Below, piece after piece: positions 12,571 through 26,580 of a DNA stretch of 64,000 nucleotides. The notes under the pieces were generated by a model. The model was not told the DNA's origin. It was given only the letters and a program-made list of their open reading frames with translations, and ran no database searches. The stretch's first letter is position 1; every line of letters starts with the position of its first letter. The stretch is from Camelus ferus (Eukaryota). The position numbers and the translations under genes were made by a program. The DNA lies in the NCBI RefSeq assembly GCF_009834535.1, contig NC_045696.1, positions 4,962,001 to 5,026,000 on the forward strand, read 5' to 3'.

Positions 12571-13959
12571 GCCAGTTGTGCAAGGGGAATGTGTGAAAAG
12601 TCTTGAGGACAGACATCCAAGAGCAGCTGGCCAAGGTCTGTGCTGGGTGTTGGAGTAGGGAGTTGCTCCAGTTGTGGAATATCTTCCCGTCTCATCTGTT
12701 TCCCCTCTGCCTTTAGTACATAATGATTGGGCCAGGGGTCTTTCTCCCTGGGGGACTAGTGCCCGCTGTGGGTGACAGCCTCTTTTCTCTGATAGGTAGA
12801 GATCAGGCAGCTACTCTCAGAATTGTAAGTTTTAATTTGAATGGTCAAGTAGTCGAATTTTACCACCACTTTAGCTAGATCACATTCTGAAAAAGCTAAA
12901 TATAGATCTTTAGGTAAAATGAAAGATCTTATCATCTATTATTGTCTTTTAGAATAAAGTGCATTCCGTATTGCAAACTGTAGATTTACTACCTTTGGGA
13001 CATAATCTGTCCTTTTATTCGTGGGAAAAAAATGCAAAGATATAGTTGAGGAAACAAAACCCACATGAAAATAGCAACAGTGTTAGAGAATATGGGTTGT
13101 TATTTAAACCTTTAACTCGAATTGGGAAATGTTTTCCTCTTAGAGGCTTTAAAGTTTTTGGCCTGAGATGTAGCTTGGGAAAAGCAGAAGTAGAATAAGA
13201 AGTTTTGAGACCTTGAAGTTGCATGGTCACAACTGGGTGGTTGGAAAGTCTCCAAGTGATAAGACTGTTAATGACAAGAGTAAAACAGACTCTGAGCAGG
13301 GAGAGCTCATTGTGTGATAGATTTCATGGAAGGAGCGAGTACATCATCAGCCTTGATGTGTAAGTAGGGTTTAGAAAGAAAATTAAAAACACAGCAACAT
13401 GGAACTTTCAGTAAATAAACCAAGGTCCACATTTCTACTTGTTCATTTTCTGTATGACTTTGGGACTGTGATTGAATTTCTCTTAGCCTTGGTTTCCTCA
13501 TACGTAAAATAGAAATAATGAGACTTACTTCTTGGAGTTGCTGAGAAAATGGAATTAGGTAACGATTGCTTTGTCCGTAGCACCTGGCTGGTAGCAGGAC
13601 TCTCCCTTTCCTCTCCATTTAATAAATGAGTAGAAGGAAGACAGAGGCATTCAAGCATATTTTCTGGGGTCAATGAGGGATAAACAGCACCAGATAAGAC
13701 ATAAAAGCCATGCCATCGTCCGATTAGCTCATACGCTTGTTGCCATGAACAAGCACCTGCTTTACAGAAGTGATGGTAACTCCAGAAGCCCTGGAGCTGA
13801 TTGCCTTGGGGTGAGGGGACCAGCCTGGCAGCCATTAGTGGGCTGTGCCTCTGCAGATGCGGGCACCAGGGAAAGGCCCCCGGCCTGCAGGCCCGACTCC
13901 TCAGACCTCTGCCCTGCTCCCCGCTCCTCTCTGTTTTAATTGCATCCTTATCACAATTT

Positions 13960-14110
13960 GACACCTATTAGCTGTGTGACCTTGAGTAAATTTCTTAACT
14001 TACGTTTACCTCTGTTTTCTTATTCCTAAAGCAGGATAATAGAGGTTTTCTGGAGGTTAAATAAAATAATGTATTTATTTATCACAGCCCCTGACACATA
14101 ATGAGCCCTC
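13960..14110 (+). mobile_element. MIR SINE
   Basis: MIR core: tagctgtgtgaccttgagtaaatttcttaac...ctctgttttcttatt. Confidence 0.7.
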
Positions 14111-15014
14111 AGGGGATGGTGACTCTCTTCCCTGGCTCTTCTCCTTCTGTCTTTCCCTTCCTGCTACATCTACTCACATCTACATAACTTTGGAACATGA
14201 TTGAGGACACATTACATAGAAAAGGCTGAGGATAATCCAAGTATCAGGCGATTAATTAGAATGATGGCCTTGGGAACACAGTCAAAAAGGTAAAATTACA
14301 ATATATTTTTGAAGAATCTACAGCAGTTGGGGAGAATTTGTGTGTGGGAGTTGGAGGTTAAAGCTGAGGTGTGGGAAGAATGGGGGTATGATTGAAATGG
14401 AATTTCAAGACCCAGTTCCTGGTTATTTCTTATACCAGAGTCATATGACTTTGGGCCATTGTAAAGCTTAGCACGTTTTTGGTAGTTTGGGTCACTGGGA
14501 AGATTTATGAAGACTTAATTTAAAATAAATTGCTGTTATCATAAGTGAAATTAAAAGATAAAATGCCATTAGCTCTTATATACATGCCCCAGGGCTTAAG
14601 CACTGGCGGTGGACTGATAATCACCCTAATGTCTTGCTCAGTTGGGTGACCTTGGCATTGATGAAGCCATTTGGAGGGAAAGTACTGGACTTAATGGCAA
14701 AAAGCACCTGCCCTTTGCTTCCTATTATTGGCTCTGCACCACTGAGAGAAAAGCTGCCAATACTATGATTTCCTATCTGTGATTCCAAAGGTCAGTTTTC
14801 TTACACTTCTTTGTATCTTCTGACGCGTCTGTTGTTTCTGGCTTTTAATGATGAACTGCCACGTAGAGAAACAAACATGCTATCTAAAAAGCCCCTACTT
14901 GCCCTTTACTTGGCAGGAAAAATAGAAATTATATGAGGCCGCTATCTTGTTGCTGTTTATGGGTCCAGTTTTTGATACCATATTCACGCTATCATTTTGC
15001 TTCATGCATCCGAT

Positions 15015-15500
15015 CACTTTTTCCAACAAATATTTACCAAGCACCTATTTTGTAATAGATGTTCTGAGTGCTGGGGGCACAGTGATGACTGACACAGAGA
15101 GACCAAGTCCCCGCCCTGTAAAACTCACATTCCAGTGGAAGAGAGAGAATAACACACAAACGATGTCAGGTGTCTACCTGTGCTGTGAAAAGTAAATCCT
15201 GGAAAGAGGATTGTGAGCGATGAGGGGATGGCATGTTAGGATGGGGAGGATAAGACTTTCCAGAGAGAATTTTGAGAAGAGACTTGACCAAAAAGGGGTG
15301 AAACACAGGTCTCTCTATAGGAAGCGAGTTACAGTCAGAAACCAACAAGAACAAAGACCCTGAGTCAGGAGTGAGTTTTGTGCCTTCAAAGGACAGCAAG
15401 AAACCACTCAGTAGGAAAGTAGGGGAAGGTTTGAAGGCAGGAGTCAAGTCATCAATTCTGAGTGTGATGGGAAGCCATTGGAGTTTAGTTTCCAGTGTCA
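15015..15500 (-). mobile_element. L2 3' fragment
   Basis: caacaaatatttaccaagcacctatttt...ctcacattccagtgg, typical of an antisense L2 3' end. Confidence 0.65.
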
Positions 15501-16549
15501 TAAATTAAATCTTACCTAGACTTTGATTAGTCACTGTCTTGACTAAATGCCATCCAGCAGAAAATGGCAGTATTTATCTACACAGCACCCCCACCATCCA
15601 CTGCCAACACCAAATAGCTTCGAGTTTTATTCAGTAAAACTGAATCCCTGTCCCTGTTGTCAGCTAGGGAAGCCTGCATCCATTCTTCAGAGATATACAG
15701 CTACTTAGAGGCCATGAATTCCAAACATAAAACAACGGTCTGCACCTAAGACTGAAAAATACCTGTCCTAGGATAAACATACTATATCTCCCTTACAAAC
15801 AGCAAAAATAATTCTTTCCTTTAAGAAACAGACCAAGCCAAAGATCATGTATTTTAAACAACCCTCATTTTAAGCATCATGGGCAGGCAGCTCTCCCTCA
15901 AAGGAATCCCTTTGGGACTTCAAATACTGTCGAATCACATGGGTCCCATGACAGGATTTGGGTGTTTTAAAACATGTATCTCAAATTACTCTTTTTAGGG
16001 GGGCAGGAGTGATGTGCATCCAACTGTGGTTCAGAGAAATGCATGGCAACAAGGCCTACACTGCCTTTTGGGGATGTGACTTAATTGTTTGGTTGAACCC
16101 ATTCCTTTTACCTCTTGAATCACCCTCATCCCCACTGGAAAAGCCTCACTGTTGGAAATCCAACTATATTGGTAGCTATGTTCACTAAAAATTAGGTGTT
16201 ATGCAAATAAAAGGAAACCAAAATAGAATTTTTTTAAAGGAAACCTGCAACTTTGGGGAATTATAACCAAGACAGTACAGAGTCTTCAGTCTTTGGGTCC
16301 AATCATAAGTTTTGGCCCAAGTTGTCACAGTCTTGGTGGCTCTCCATCCTTCCACCTCCTGTTCTGTATCTTAATGGCCAAAATTTTCCTATAGTACTCT
16401 CTGCTTTCTTCCATCATACGGTGTTTTTGGAGCCATCCTACTCAAAGACTTTGTGCACTGATGTCCTTCTGATCTGAGTTATTAATTGAGCCATGCTGCT
16501 TGGATAAGGTCTATTTCTTACTCTTTAAAACTATAATAATAATATCCCT

Positions 16550-17180
16550 TTATTCATTTGTCCATTCAACAAACATTTGCAGAATACTTTATATGTTTCA
16601 GCACTGTGCTGTGTGCTGGGGTGCAATGGTCTGCAAGAAACGGATGATTCTTATTTGCCCTGGGGTGTACAGCTGAATGTGGGGGACAGGCATTTAAACC
16701 AACAATACCAAACAAGTGTGGTAAAGGCTATGACAGAGTAACACAGGATTCTGTGGAGGCACTAAGTCTTGTCCACAGCATCTGAAAAGGTGTCCCAGAC
16801 TAAGTGAAATTTGAGGGGAGATGTAAATAATAATTTATATGTTAAACAAAGAAATGCAGAAGCATGTGTGAAGACCCAGGGGGAACTGGAGAATAGGCAG
16901 TCTGGAACAAAACCTGCAAGAGGAGAATGTCAAGAGATGATACTGGAGACCAAGAACCCAAGTCATAAACAGCCTTCAGAATACTGTGAGGGTTTGGATT
17001 GTATCAAGGGACAATGGGACAGCACTGATGATTTTTAAGCAGTGAAGTCATATTATGCAATTTGTGTCTTAGAAGGATCTTTCAGGCTAGTGTGTGGAGA
17101 ATGGATTCAAGTAGGGCAGTCAGCAGCAGGTAGACCAGTTAGGAAGCTATTTCAGAAAGCCAGATAAGAGCCAGTTTTGG
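16550..17180 (-). mobile_element. L2 3' fragment
   Basis: ttcatttgtccattcaacaaacatttg tail and agaccagttaggaagctatt internal motif. Confidence 0.65.
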
Positions 17181-17183
17181 CCT

Positions 17184-17755
17184 TGTCTCAGGCTAAGTTC
17201 CCCTGAAAGCAAAGTGTGAGGATAGGATCCTCCTGGGAACCCTCCAAGGAATCACACAGAGCAATGATTCTCAAAGTTGGTCTCAGCATGACCTGAGAGC
17301 TTATGGGGAAAGGCAGAATCTTGCATCTTATCTCAGACCTCCAGAGTCAAAATTTTTGGGGACAGAGTTCAACAATTTGGGTTTTAATCAGCTCTTCAGG
17401 TGACTCAGATTCCCTCTGATGTTTGAGCAGCGCAGGCATAGAACACACCTCAGAATTGTCCCACAGGATTAGAGGATGGAGAGGCAGGGCATTTATCCTG
17501 ACGCCCCTCCCTCATTGGTAGATGATAGTCTCCCACACCAATGGACTGCACCTGTAAGGGTGAATATTCATTGCTTTAAGGCCCTGAGACAACAAAGAGA
17601 CTCCTGTTCTTGATGCTCAGACAAGATGTGTGGAGCTGTCCAAGCTAGAAGTGCTGAAACTAGATGGACAAAAGGCATGTAGCACTTCACCACCCACTCT
17701 GCCTTCCTGTCATGACTAGGACACAGCACTGAGGAGAGTTTGAGGATACGTGACA
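17184..17755. mobile_element. Old ERVL-type solo LTR (LTR16/LTR33-like), interrupted by MER5A
   Basis: tgtctcaggctaagttcccctgaaagc start and cacctcagaattgtccca...gggcatttatcc motifs; recalled similarity only. Confidence 0.4.
17262..17435. mobile_element. MER5A hAT-Charlie MITE
   Basis: caatgattctcaaagt...ttttaatcagctcttcaggtgactcagat...tttgagcagcgcag, matching MER5A layout and terminal inverted repeats. Confidence 0.7.
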
Positions 17756-18449
17756 CATTTTCAAGGAAGAACCAGTACCCAATACAAGGAGATTAAAGAG
17801 GGGCATATGACAGATAATTCTCAATTTTAATAGGATATTTCCATCTGTAATTACCTTATATATAATTTGTCAATGATTATTTCCTGTGTAAACATCTATG
17901 ATCAGTTTTTAAGTAACATTTCTTTGGATTAGAACCAAACTGCGGGAAGGATCGTGGATCAATTATAATTAGACATTCAGCAGGAGAGAATGCAAGAGGT
18001 TAGTTATCTTGCCCATTTGACAAGAGATTCCTTGTTCTTAACAGAATTTGAGTCAAATGGACACAGAATGCAGATGACTGCATATTTACCTTCCACCCTG
18101 GACAGACTGATTCTGACATGATGTCTTAAACTTTATAATCTATCCTTGAGGTTGTTTGATTAATTTTACTAGAAGACTTTGCTCTAGAAAATCTCCAGCA
18201 TTTTTTTTTCTAGGAATAATTTTCTCACCATGAGACAGACAATCCTTATCACCTTATTTTAAATATATTTGCATTTTATTGACATTTGTCTCAGAATACC
18301 ATCTCAAAATAAATGAGGTAAAATTTCTTACTAATTAAGCAATGTTGAAAAGACCCCTCGGCTGTGTAAATTACTTAGTTTGCGAGTTGGAAACTGTGTT
18401 TGTTAATATGTTAAAGCTGGACATACCTACATTTACTAAATTAACCGAC

Positions 18450-18675
18450 ACTCTTAACAACACTTAATATCTATCAGGCACTGTTCTGAGAAATGTTATA
18501 ATCTTGATTCATTTTATCCCCATACCACTTCTATGAAATGAGTCCCCAGTTTTCAGATAAGGAAATCAAAGCCAAGAGACATTTGATAACTTGTGCAAGA
18601 TCATTCAGCTAAGAGTAGCAAAGTTGAAGAGCAAAAGATCAAACCCAGGTGTTTAGCCTTTGGCTCTGTGCTATT
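18450..18675 (-). mobile_element. MIR SINE
   Basis: aggcactgttctga...ttttcagataaggaaatcaaagc...aacttgtgcaagatca...aaacccagg. Confidence 0.7.
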
Positions 18676-19883
18676 AGTCATCACTCTGTTGTTGCTTCCA
18701 GGGACACAGCAGAGAGTTCCATCTCCAGCTGTTTCTTGTCTTGATATTGTTTTCTCCTCCTTGGCTGTTTTGTAGGCAAATTGATGTTGACTATGGCTCA
18801 TAGCATTTCAGCGTACTTCTAAGAGCCTAACTATTGTAGACTCTAACCTTCTCCCAGTCCACTTCATGTGGTGGCTCCAATTCCTAGATATCTGTAGCAC
18901 CTAGGCCCACATTTCTGCCTCAAAATGAAGAATTCTGGAAATTGCAAGACAGAAAAGATTAGTCTTACTGGGAATTGTGAGAAGGAGAAGAACACCCACA
19001 TTTGCTGAGTATCTAATATATGGTGGACATAATCCATATCGTGTCACATAGTCTTGGGAATGTCTCATTGTATATCCATCCTATAATTAATCACTGATCT
19101 GCTGGAAAATACTTGGGGATTTTAACACTTTTAGATGCTGCCTTTCTTAGAAGAATCTATATCTTCTCTTTAAGAGAAGACTTGAATACTCTTACAGTCA
19201 CAATAACTTAAAGCATTTGCTTTCTCTTGGCAGGTATGTTGTAAACAGAATGCATGTGTCTGTTTTGTGTAGGGATGGGGTATTTTCAGTGCCTCACAAA
19301 ACTCACCAAATAAGTAATTACTTAACTTGATTTAAAAAAAAATACATGCTCTGTAGAGCCATCATGGTACCTCACTTCAGCTGGCCTCCATAGGCCTCTT
19401 TTGGCCTAGAAGGGTACTGACATCAGGAACAATGTTGTATGTGTCTTCATCAGGTTTTTGGGAAAGTGCAATACCGTGTTTATTCCTTTTTGTGTTTAGA
19501 AAGGGCCTAGTAATTCTCCCTTCATCTCTTGTTAGAGGAAGACAAGATATCAGGTGTTTTAAACATTTCACACCCAAGAATGGATCCCTGAAGATCTTCC
19601 ATCACACAAATCAAAGACAGAATACCATATTCCCTGGCTTTAGTCAAACTGCCACACTCAGGGGTCCAGTGTTCCCCAGTGCAAAGCAACTTCCAGCTGC
19701 ATAAGATCATTGATATAAATAAGAAAAATCACCTGCACTGAGGTTCCTTCCTTAATTGATCCCAAATTACAAACCTTGTGTTTTATTTTTCCATATATGT
19801 AAAGCATTCTCTATATTTTAATGTTCATTATAATTCTTGGATTTCTTAAAATCACACCTTTAATAAGTCACAATCTTGTCTGA

Positions 19884-20093
<210 letters not shown>

Positions 20094-23000
20094 TGAGATG
20101 AGCATTTTTTCCAGAGATGTTTCTTGCAAGTAGATATGTGCCACACTCCTTCCCTCATATACACCCCTAGAAACCCACCTGAGTGTTTTCATTCAGACCA
20201 TGAAGTGTCCTGTGTAACATACCCCTGGAAAGACCACGTAGGGAAGGCAGGTGGTTCATGTATGTTATTTCAGCACCTGGGAAAGCTCTACCTTGACTGC
20301 CTATGTTGGATAACCACGATCTGCTTGGAGACCCCTGCAAGCCCACACATCTGGAGACACAGTATAAATTGTCAGAATTACTCATCTTTGGAAAATTATT
20401 TCCCCAGTATTTAGACAAGTAAGCTTAAGTGGTTTTAGAAGGTTAAAATAAAATGACTGGTTGCTTTATTTACCTAGATGCCTTAGATATAAAAAATGAC
20501 CCATCATCTCCTTAGTATTCTCTTTTTAATAACAAACTTTCACCCTTAATCATGTTTTCTCTTCAAAAGCAAAGCAGCATTTCTCAGTGGTAAGGTAACA
20601 CTGTAAACATTACATGAATAGAAATGTGCAATGTGGAAACCAACGGGGAAGCCGTTCTGGACACCATAAGAATAATTTATGTCAATCCTATCAACTTCTC
20701 CAGGAAAGTTTCCTTAACTCTGCTTACTAAAGTATTGACAATTCTCTTTCTTTTCTCATTTACATATCTTAATCCAGTAACTTATTTATTAAACAGTTGA
20801 GGGCCAAATATATGCTGATGGGATAAATAAACAAACAACAAATAAATAAATACTAGAGAGAGAGAGAGCAGAGGGAGGAAAGAGAGTGCTGATACCATTT
20901 AGTGGGGGGAAGAATCAGTTAAACTTGTTTTAAATTCCTAAGGCTACTCCCCTGTAGCACGGAGCATACATTGTCTGTGTGAAAAGCACTTTATCCCCAA
21001 ATAAAAGCCTGTTATTCCGAGTATCTGCCCATGAAACTTTTTATTTGGGGCACATTTGTACCCCTGTGTTGCCTTACATGCAAACAAACAGCATACATTT
21101 AATTTTAGTTTATATAATGAGACTATGTGATATGACAAACATTTTCCGTGACACTTTTCTTCTTCAAAATAATTTCTAATGTTTGCTGTTGTGCGATGTT
21201 CCCTCCCCCTTAGGGTGCTTCCTGCTTCTCACTGCTGCGAGCACTGCAGCACTGAGCGTCCTTGTGTGTTAATCAATGTGCATATGTGTCATTACTTTCT
21301 TGAGGCAAATTCCTATAAATACTGTGACCACGTTCTTGATCTCCTCTGGATCAGGACACACTGGAAAATATTAGGGCAATTGACTCACTGACCAGTAGTA
21401 GGAGGCTGTGTGTTTCTTGCATTCTCGCCAGATAGTAGCCTTTTTTTCCATGATTTTGACCATGTGTTGGGTGAAATGCTTCCCATTTTAATTTACAAAT
21501 TTAGATTACTAATGATGTTTAAAATGTTTTATTCTTTTTTATGGGCCACTTTTGTTTCCCCTTTAGGGAATTTCATATTCATGCTACTTGTACACTTATC
21601 TCCCTGTCTCATTTATTTGTAAGTGTTTCTCATAGATTAAATAACCCTTTGACTGTTACGCGCGTTACAGACACTTTATTCCTTCCCATCACTGATGTGC
21701 AGATTAAATTATAGAAGCCTTTTTATCTTTGAAATTTGCATGCAACTTAAAATCATTAAAGAAAAATTAGAAATTTGAGCAAATTTTTTAAAAGTTAAAA
21801 TTCCACTTGAATAACATCACTTAGAGATAATCAAAGATAAATACTGTAAACAATTTTATCTAGTTTTTCAAGTTCATACCCCGGCAAGTGTGTGTGTATA
21901 TATACACACACACATCTGTAGATATGCATGTAATTTTGTGTTTTTCTAAAAAATTGTGAGCATATGATTCTTTCTGACCTATAATCTTCTTTCTGCAGTT
22001 AATGGGCTGTGAATGTCTTTCCATGACAACAAATATGGGTGTTCAGCATGACTTTTTAATATCTCTGTTGAGTTTATATTCATATATCAATGAGTACGCC
22101 TAACTTCTCTTGCCTTTATTAGGACTGAGTTCAGTGACCTAATGCTACAAGGGTTTATTCCTTCTCATAAGAGGAGTCTGGGTATAGATAGGTCAGGATT
22201 AGTTTTTCTCCCGAGTCATCAGAGACCCCCACTGTTTACATCTTCCTCTCTGCCACTCTTCAAAAGCATCTCCTACCATCAGTCAATGGCCACTGAGGTC
22301 CAATGACCATTTCTGCATTTCCATGGAGGAGGAAGAGCACACAGAGTCAGTTCCCTCTAAGGATCTATCCAGAATACCTCATAAATCTATTCTGCTCACT
22401 GCCCAGGGGTGGTCTGCAGGCTGTATTATAGCTAAGCCTGTGGACATCATGACTACAACACAAGCTATTTCACTAAGTGAGAGGGGAGGATGGACTCTAG
22501 GCAACTAAGGGTGTCCAATTCTATTGCTGGATATTGTGTTTGATTCTTCCAGTTTTTCAGTTATAAAAATGTCACAGTGACTTCTGTCTCACTGATCTTT
22601 GTACATGTGTCCATTTTATTTCTGGGGATAAATTTCTATAAGTAGAATTGCTGGCTCAAAGAATAATCAATTTCTATAGATTTCAGTATGCATTGGCCGC
22701 TGGTCATCATCGTTTTCACTTATGCGCCCTCCCGCAGTTTATAGTATTGCCTGTTTTTAACAATGAAAATAATACCAGTTATTATGCTTGGTTTTAAAAT
22801 ATTTTTCAATAGAATAGGGGGAAATTGTATATTATTATTTTAATTGTGCAAGTAATAAAGATGTTTCTTAAGAAAAATTCAGCCACACTGTGGAATGTGT
22901 TTCCCATAATCAAATAGTCACTAAGAGCATAAGTACAGCTCCCCTATGTGTGACACACACCAAAAAAGAGAAAAAAAATAAAATAAATAAACGTACGCAG

Positions 23001-23519
23001 GCTGTTCCTCTGTGAGATGCAACAATTTAATCCTGGGGCGGCAGAATTCCAAAGTAAATTGCAGTGGTTTAAGGGCAGCTATTGCAGAAATGAAACAATC
23101 TTTGTTGAAAAATAATGTTATTACATTTTTGACCTTGGGTCTGGATACACAAAGTCTAAGATATTCAATTCTGTCTCCTGATTTCTTTTTCTTTTACATG
23201 AACAAATGGTCTCTTGTCTAAAAGGGATTGGAAAAAAAATCAGGGCTTAATACCGTGGTGGACCTCACCTGTGCTCCCAGAACTCCATAGCTAAACAAAT
23301 GTGTGTCATTTACACTGGAGGAAATAGGTTTCAATTGCTGTTCTGGGGACTGGAGCCATCCCCTTGTTAGCTTCTGGGGGACAAACAGGGGCTGCTAATG
23401 CAAGCGATACACAGATCACCAACCCATGGTTGGCTTGGACATCCTTTGCTCTCTGGCTGCCCACAGATAGGACCACTTCTGACTTCCATGGAAGCTGTGG
23501 TCATAGCCATGTCCAAGGA

Positions 23520-24340
23520 CAAGAGTCAAGGCATGCCAGGTGTAGGGGGTGAGAGAGCAGTGGGGAGTAATTTGCATTTAAAATAAGGTGGTCAGAGAAG
23601 GACTCAGAAGAAGGTGACATTTGAGCAAAAACTTAAAAGAAATGGGAGATGAGCCAAGTGCATATCTGAGGGAGCACTGAAGGTCAGGTGACCACAGCCA
23701 GGGACAGAAGTGGGTCTATACCTGGAATGTTTCAGACACACTAAGGAAGACATTGGAGTGGGGTCCTGCTCACTCACTGCAGAGTGAGTAAAAGGAGGTT
23801 CTAGAGGTCCCAGCAGGTCAGATTCCTCATCAGTCATTTTAAAGATGTAGCTTTGCCTGGGGGTGTGGGGGTGGGGGGAGTGCAGGCAGTGGGGATTAGA
23901 ATCAGTCGTGACAGTGATGTTCTCCTCTCCTCCTCTACGGAGTGGAAACCACAACTTAGGAGGCTACTGGAGTAATGAAGGGAAGCTGTGTGCTCTGCAT
24001 AGCATTTTTTTAATTGAACTATAGGCAGTTACAGTGTCAATTTTTAGTGTACAGCATAATGTCCCAGTCATGCATATATATATATACACACATATATTCA
24101 CTTTCATATTCTTTTTCATTAAAGGTTATTACAAGACATTGAATACAGTTCCATGTCCTTTCCAGAAGAAATTGGGTTTTTTTAAATCTATTTTTATATA
24201 TAGTAGTTAATATTTGAAAATCTCGAGCAGTGTTTTAATAGGATCCAGTTGGCCCTGCTGTTGAAAGCAGACTGTATGGAGGGAGGGATTTGCAGCTGAA
24301 GACCTGTTAGGAGGCCTTTGCTGTGATGTGGCTTGGGTGA
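23520..24340 (-). mobile_element. L2 fragment interrupted by a short L1 3' end
   Basis: gaaggtgacatttgagcaaaaactt and agacctgttaggaggc motifs on either side of the 24005-24222 insert. Confidence 0.55.
24005..24222 (-). mobile_element. 5'-truncated L1 3' end
   Basis: tttttttaattgaactataggcagttacagtgtc...aaaggttattacaagacattgaata; same family as the fragments at 36887 and 54207. Confidence 0.8.
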
Positions 24341-25999
24341 ACCAGCAGTCAAGAAGGGGCAGTTGGTTTCTGAATCTATCTGGCTGATGGACTGGATGTT
24401 CGAGAGAAAGGGAGGAGCTAAATATGAAGTCCGGGTCTTTGAGAGGGGGTGGAGGTGTCATTTCAGCCTGGGGTCAACATCAGGAGTTTGGGCCTCTCTC
24501 TCTGTAGACACAGCCCAATTCCCAGTATTCTAAGCAATGATACATTTTCAAATACCCTAATTATTTTTTTATTGATGAACACTTTCTCCGTGGTCAGGGC
24601 TTATCCCTTCTACATTCTGCTCTGCCACCATATGGCCCACATTAGCATCACCTCAGTTCCATGTCAGATTGATCTGTGTTCAACACTCATCCTTCAGCTG
24701 TCATTTTCCAGTGAGGAATATCCCAGGTTCTTTGTTCATATTGATTCCTGCCTTTTTGCACTTTAGTCAGTTTAGTTGGAAGGAGATTAGTAGCTTGCAT
24801 TACTTCCAGGGAGAGAATGGAGGCTGCCTGATTTCCTCTTAGAAAGAACTTTATTTTTTTTCCCCTGAATACACCAAAGAGCTGACTTTGAAGTCCAGTA
24901 AATTTATAGTCTGTTCCTTGATGTTATTCATTTGGGGTCAATTTTCCCACAGTTGTGGCATGCCTATTTCATATGCAGATTCAAATCACCTTGCATGTAA
25001 GAAAATTTTTCTTGAATCATATCTTTAAATATTTCTTCTTGTCAATGTTTGCATTTTGTTTTCAGTGTCTCCAATTATGGTGGCATTAGATTCCCTTGAC
25101 CTGTCCTCCAGAGCTGTCATTTTCTCTCTGATTTTTTAACTTACTTAATTTCCATTTTTAATTTTTTTATGTTTATTCTCTGTTTCTCCCCCCACAAAAT
25201 CTGTTCTCCTTTGTGCTCTCTCCAGTTTTGCCCTCATTTTTGTGATTTTATTTTTCCCCTTCTTTCTCTAGTTCTGCCAGCTCACCATTCTTTCTCAAGT
25301 TCTCGCTTCATAGACATGTGGCTGTTTAATTCACAGTTATTGTCTAAATCATGACATTTTTCGGATGAGAGTTTGTAATCTGATTCCTCTCCCTGTTTTA
25401 TTCTTCCATTTTCTTCTGTGGTGTCTTTGCTCATTTGCTCCTTGCTAGCTTCCTCTTTAGTGTTCACATGGAGAAAATACATATCCTCAGAAAGAAATTG
25501 CTTTGTGAAAATGCCTGGTGCCTCACTGAGCCCTCCTTCACTGGTTCTAAGACCACACTAGGTCCAAGGAGGCTCCTGCCCCACCCAGCCCGGGCGCACT
25601 GTGGTCACTGATGTCCATTTTGTCTCTCTGATGTGCCCCCAACTTGTACAGTGCATACTCTGCTGATGTTTGCTCAGAGTTCCAGCCATGGTCCATCTCT
25701 CCTTGTCTTCTGCTTGTACCTCTACTCAGTGTACACTGTTGGTTGCCCAGTTAACTATTTTGTGGTTGAGTTTTAGCCATTTTCTAATTTCATGCAAAAA
25801 AAATAAAAGAGTTTGTATTTTCTATTCCTGTTTCTCCCATTTGCTTTTGTATGGTTTCCAGGAAGAAAAGAAATGCTGATTTTATGCTGCCACCTTTAAA
25901 CCCTTTAAACTTAAATCCTATTGTTTATATACCAAGCTTTATTAAATTTGGACTTTATTTCAGAAAAATAAAGGAGAGGTAGTAGAAATCATCACTTAA

Positions 26000-26175
26000 A
26001 GTGAGCTGAGTTCAAACCCCAGACATACACCATCTTTCTGGGTTACTACAGGAAAATTACTGCATGAACCACAGCGCCCTCCTATGGGAAGCCAATGAAA
26101 TAAGGAGATTAATGTGATGACTTAAGAAGATGATTCATGGTGCCTGGCACACAGCAGTTAGTCAGTACACATTAT
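26000..26175 (+). mobile_element. Degraded MIR
   Basis: ctgagttcaaacccca...tggtgcctggcacacagcag. Confidence 0.5.
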
Positions 26176-26463
26176 CTGTTACCATCAGTATTGTCATCAT
26201 CACCGGCTCACATGGTCAGCCAGTTGTCCTAAAACCGTGTGTTGAGCAGCCCAGCCTTTCCCCGCTAACTTGAATTCCTTTATAGTCTATGAAAAAACAA
26301 GCATCTGCTGAAGTCTGTTTTTGAATCCCTCTCTCTGTTGCAGTGACCCATCTTTCTTGCCCCAGGACCATGCATATCAGAGGTCTGTCTCTTCCTAATG
26401 TGTTTTAATATCTCATACAACAATCCTCCCCTCATTATTTTTCTTTTTCAAAAACGTCCTGGA

Positions 26464-26580
26464 GGGGAGGGTATAGCTCAGTGGTAGAGTGCCTGGTCAA
26501 CATGCATGAGGTCCTGGGTTCAATCCCCAGTGCCTCCATTAAAATAAGTAAATAAATAAACCTAGTTACCACCTCCCCTA
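26464..26580 (+). mobile_element. tRNA-derived SINE (camelid vic-1-like)
   Basis: ggggagggtatagctcagtggtagag (A box), ctgggttcaatcccca (B box), aaataaataaacc tail; degenerate TSD aacgtcctgga/aatgtcctaga. Confidence 0.88.

Noticed and set aside
26464..26540. tRNA gene (A and B boxes present); likewise 44835-44912
   Set aside because: Followed by the SINE-specific tail, flanked by TSD-like repeats, and present as two diverged copies, so these are tRNA-derived SINEs.
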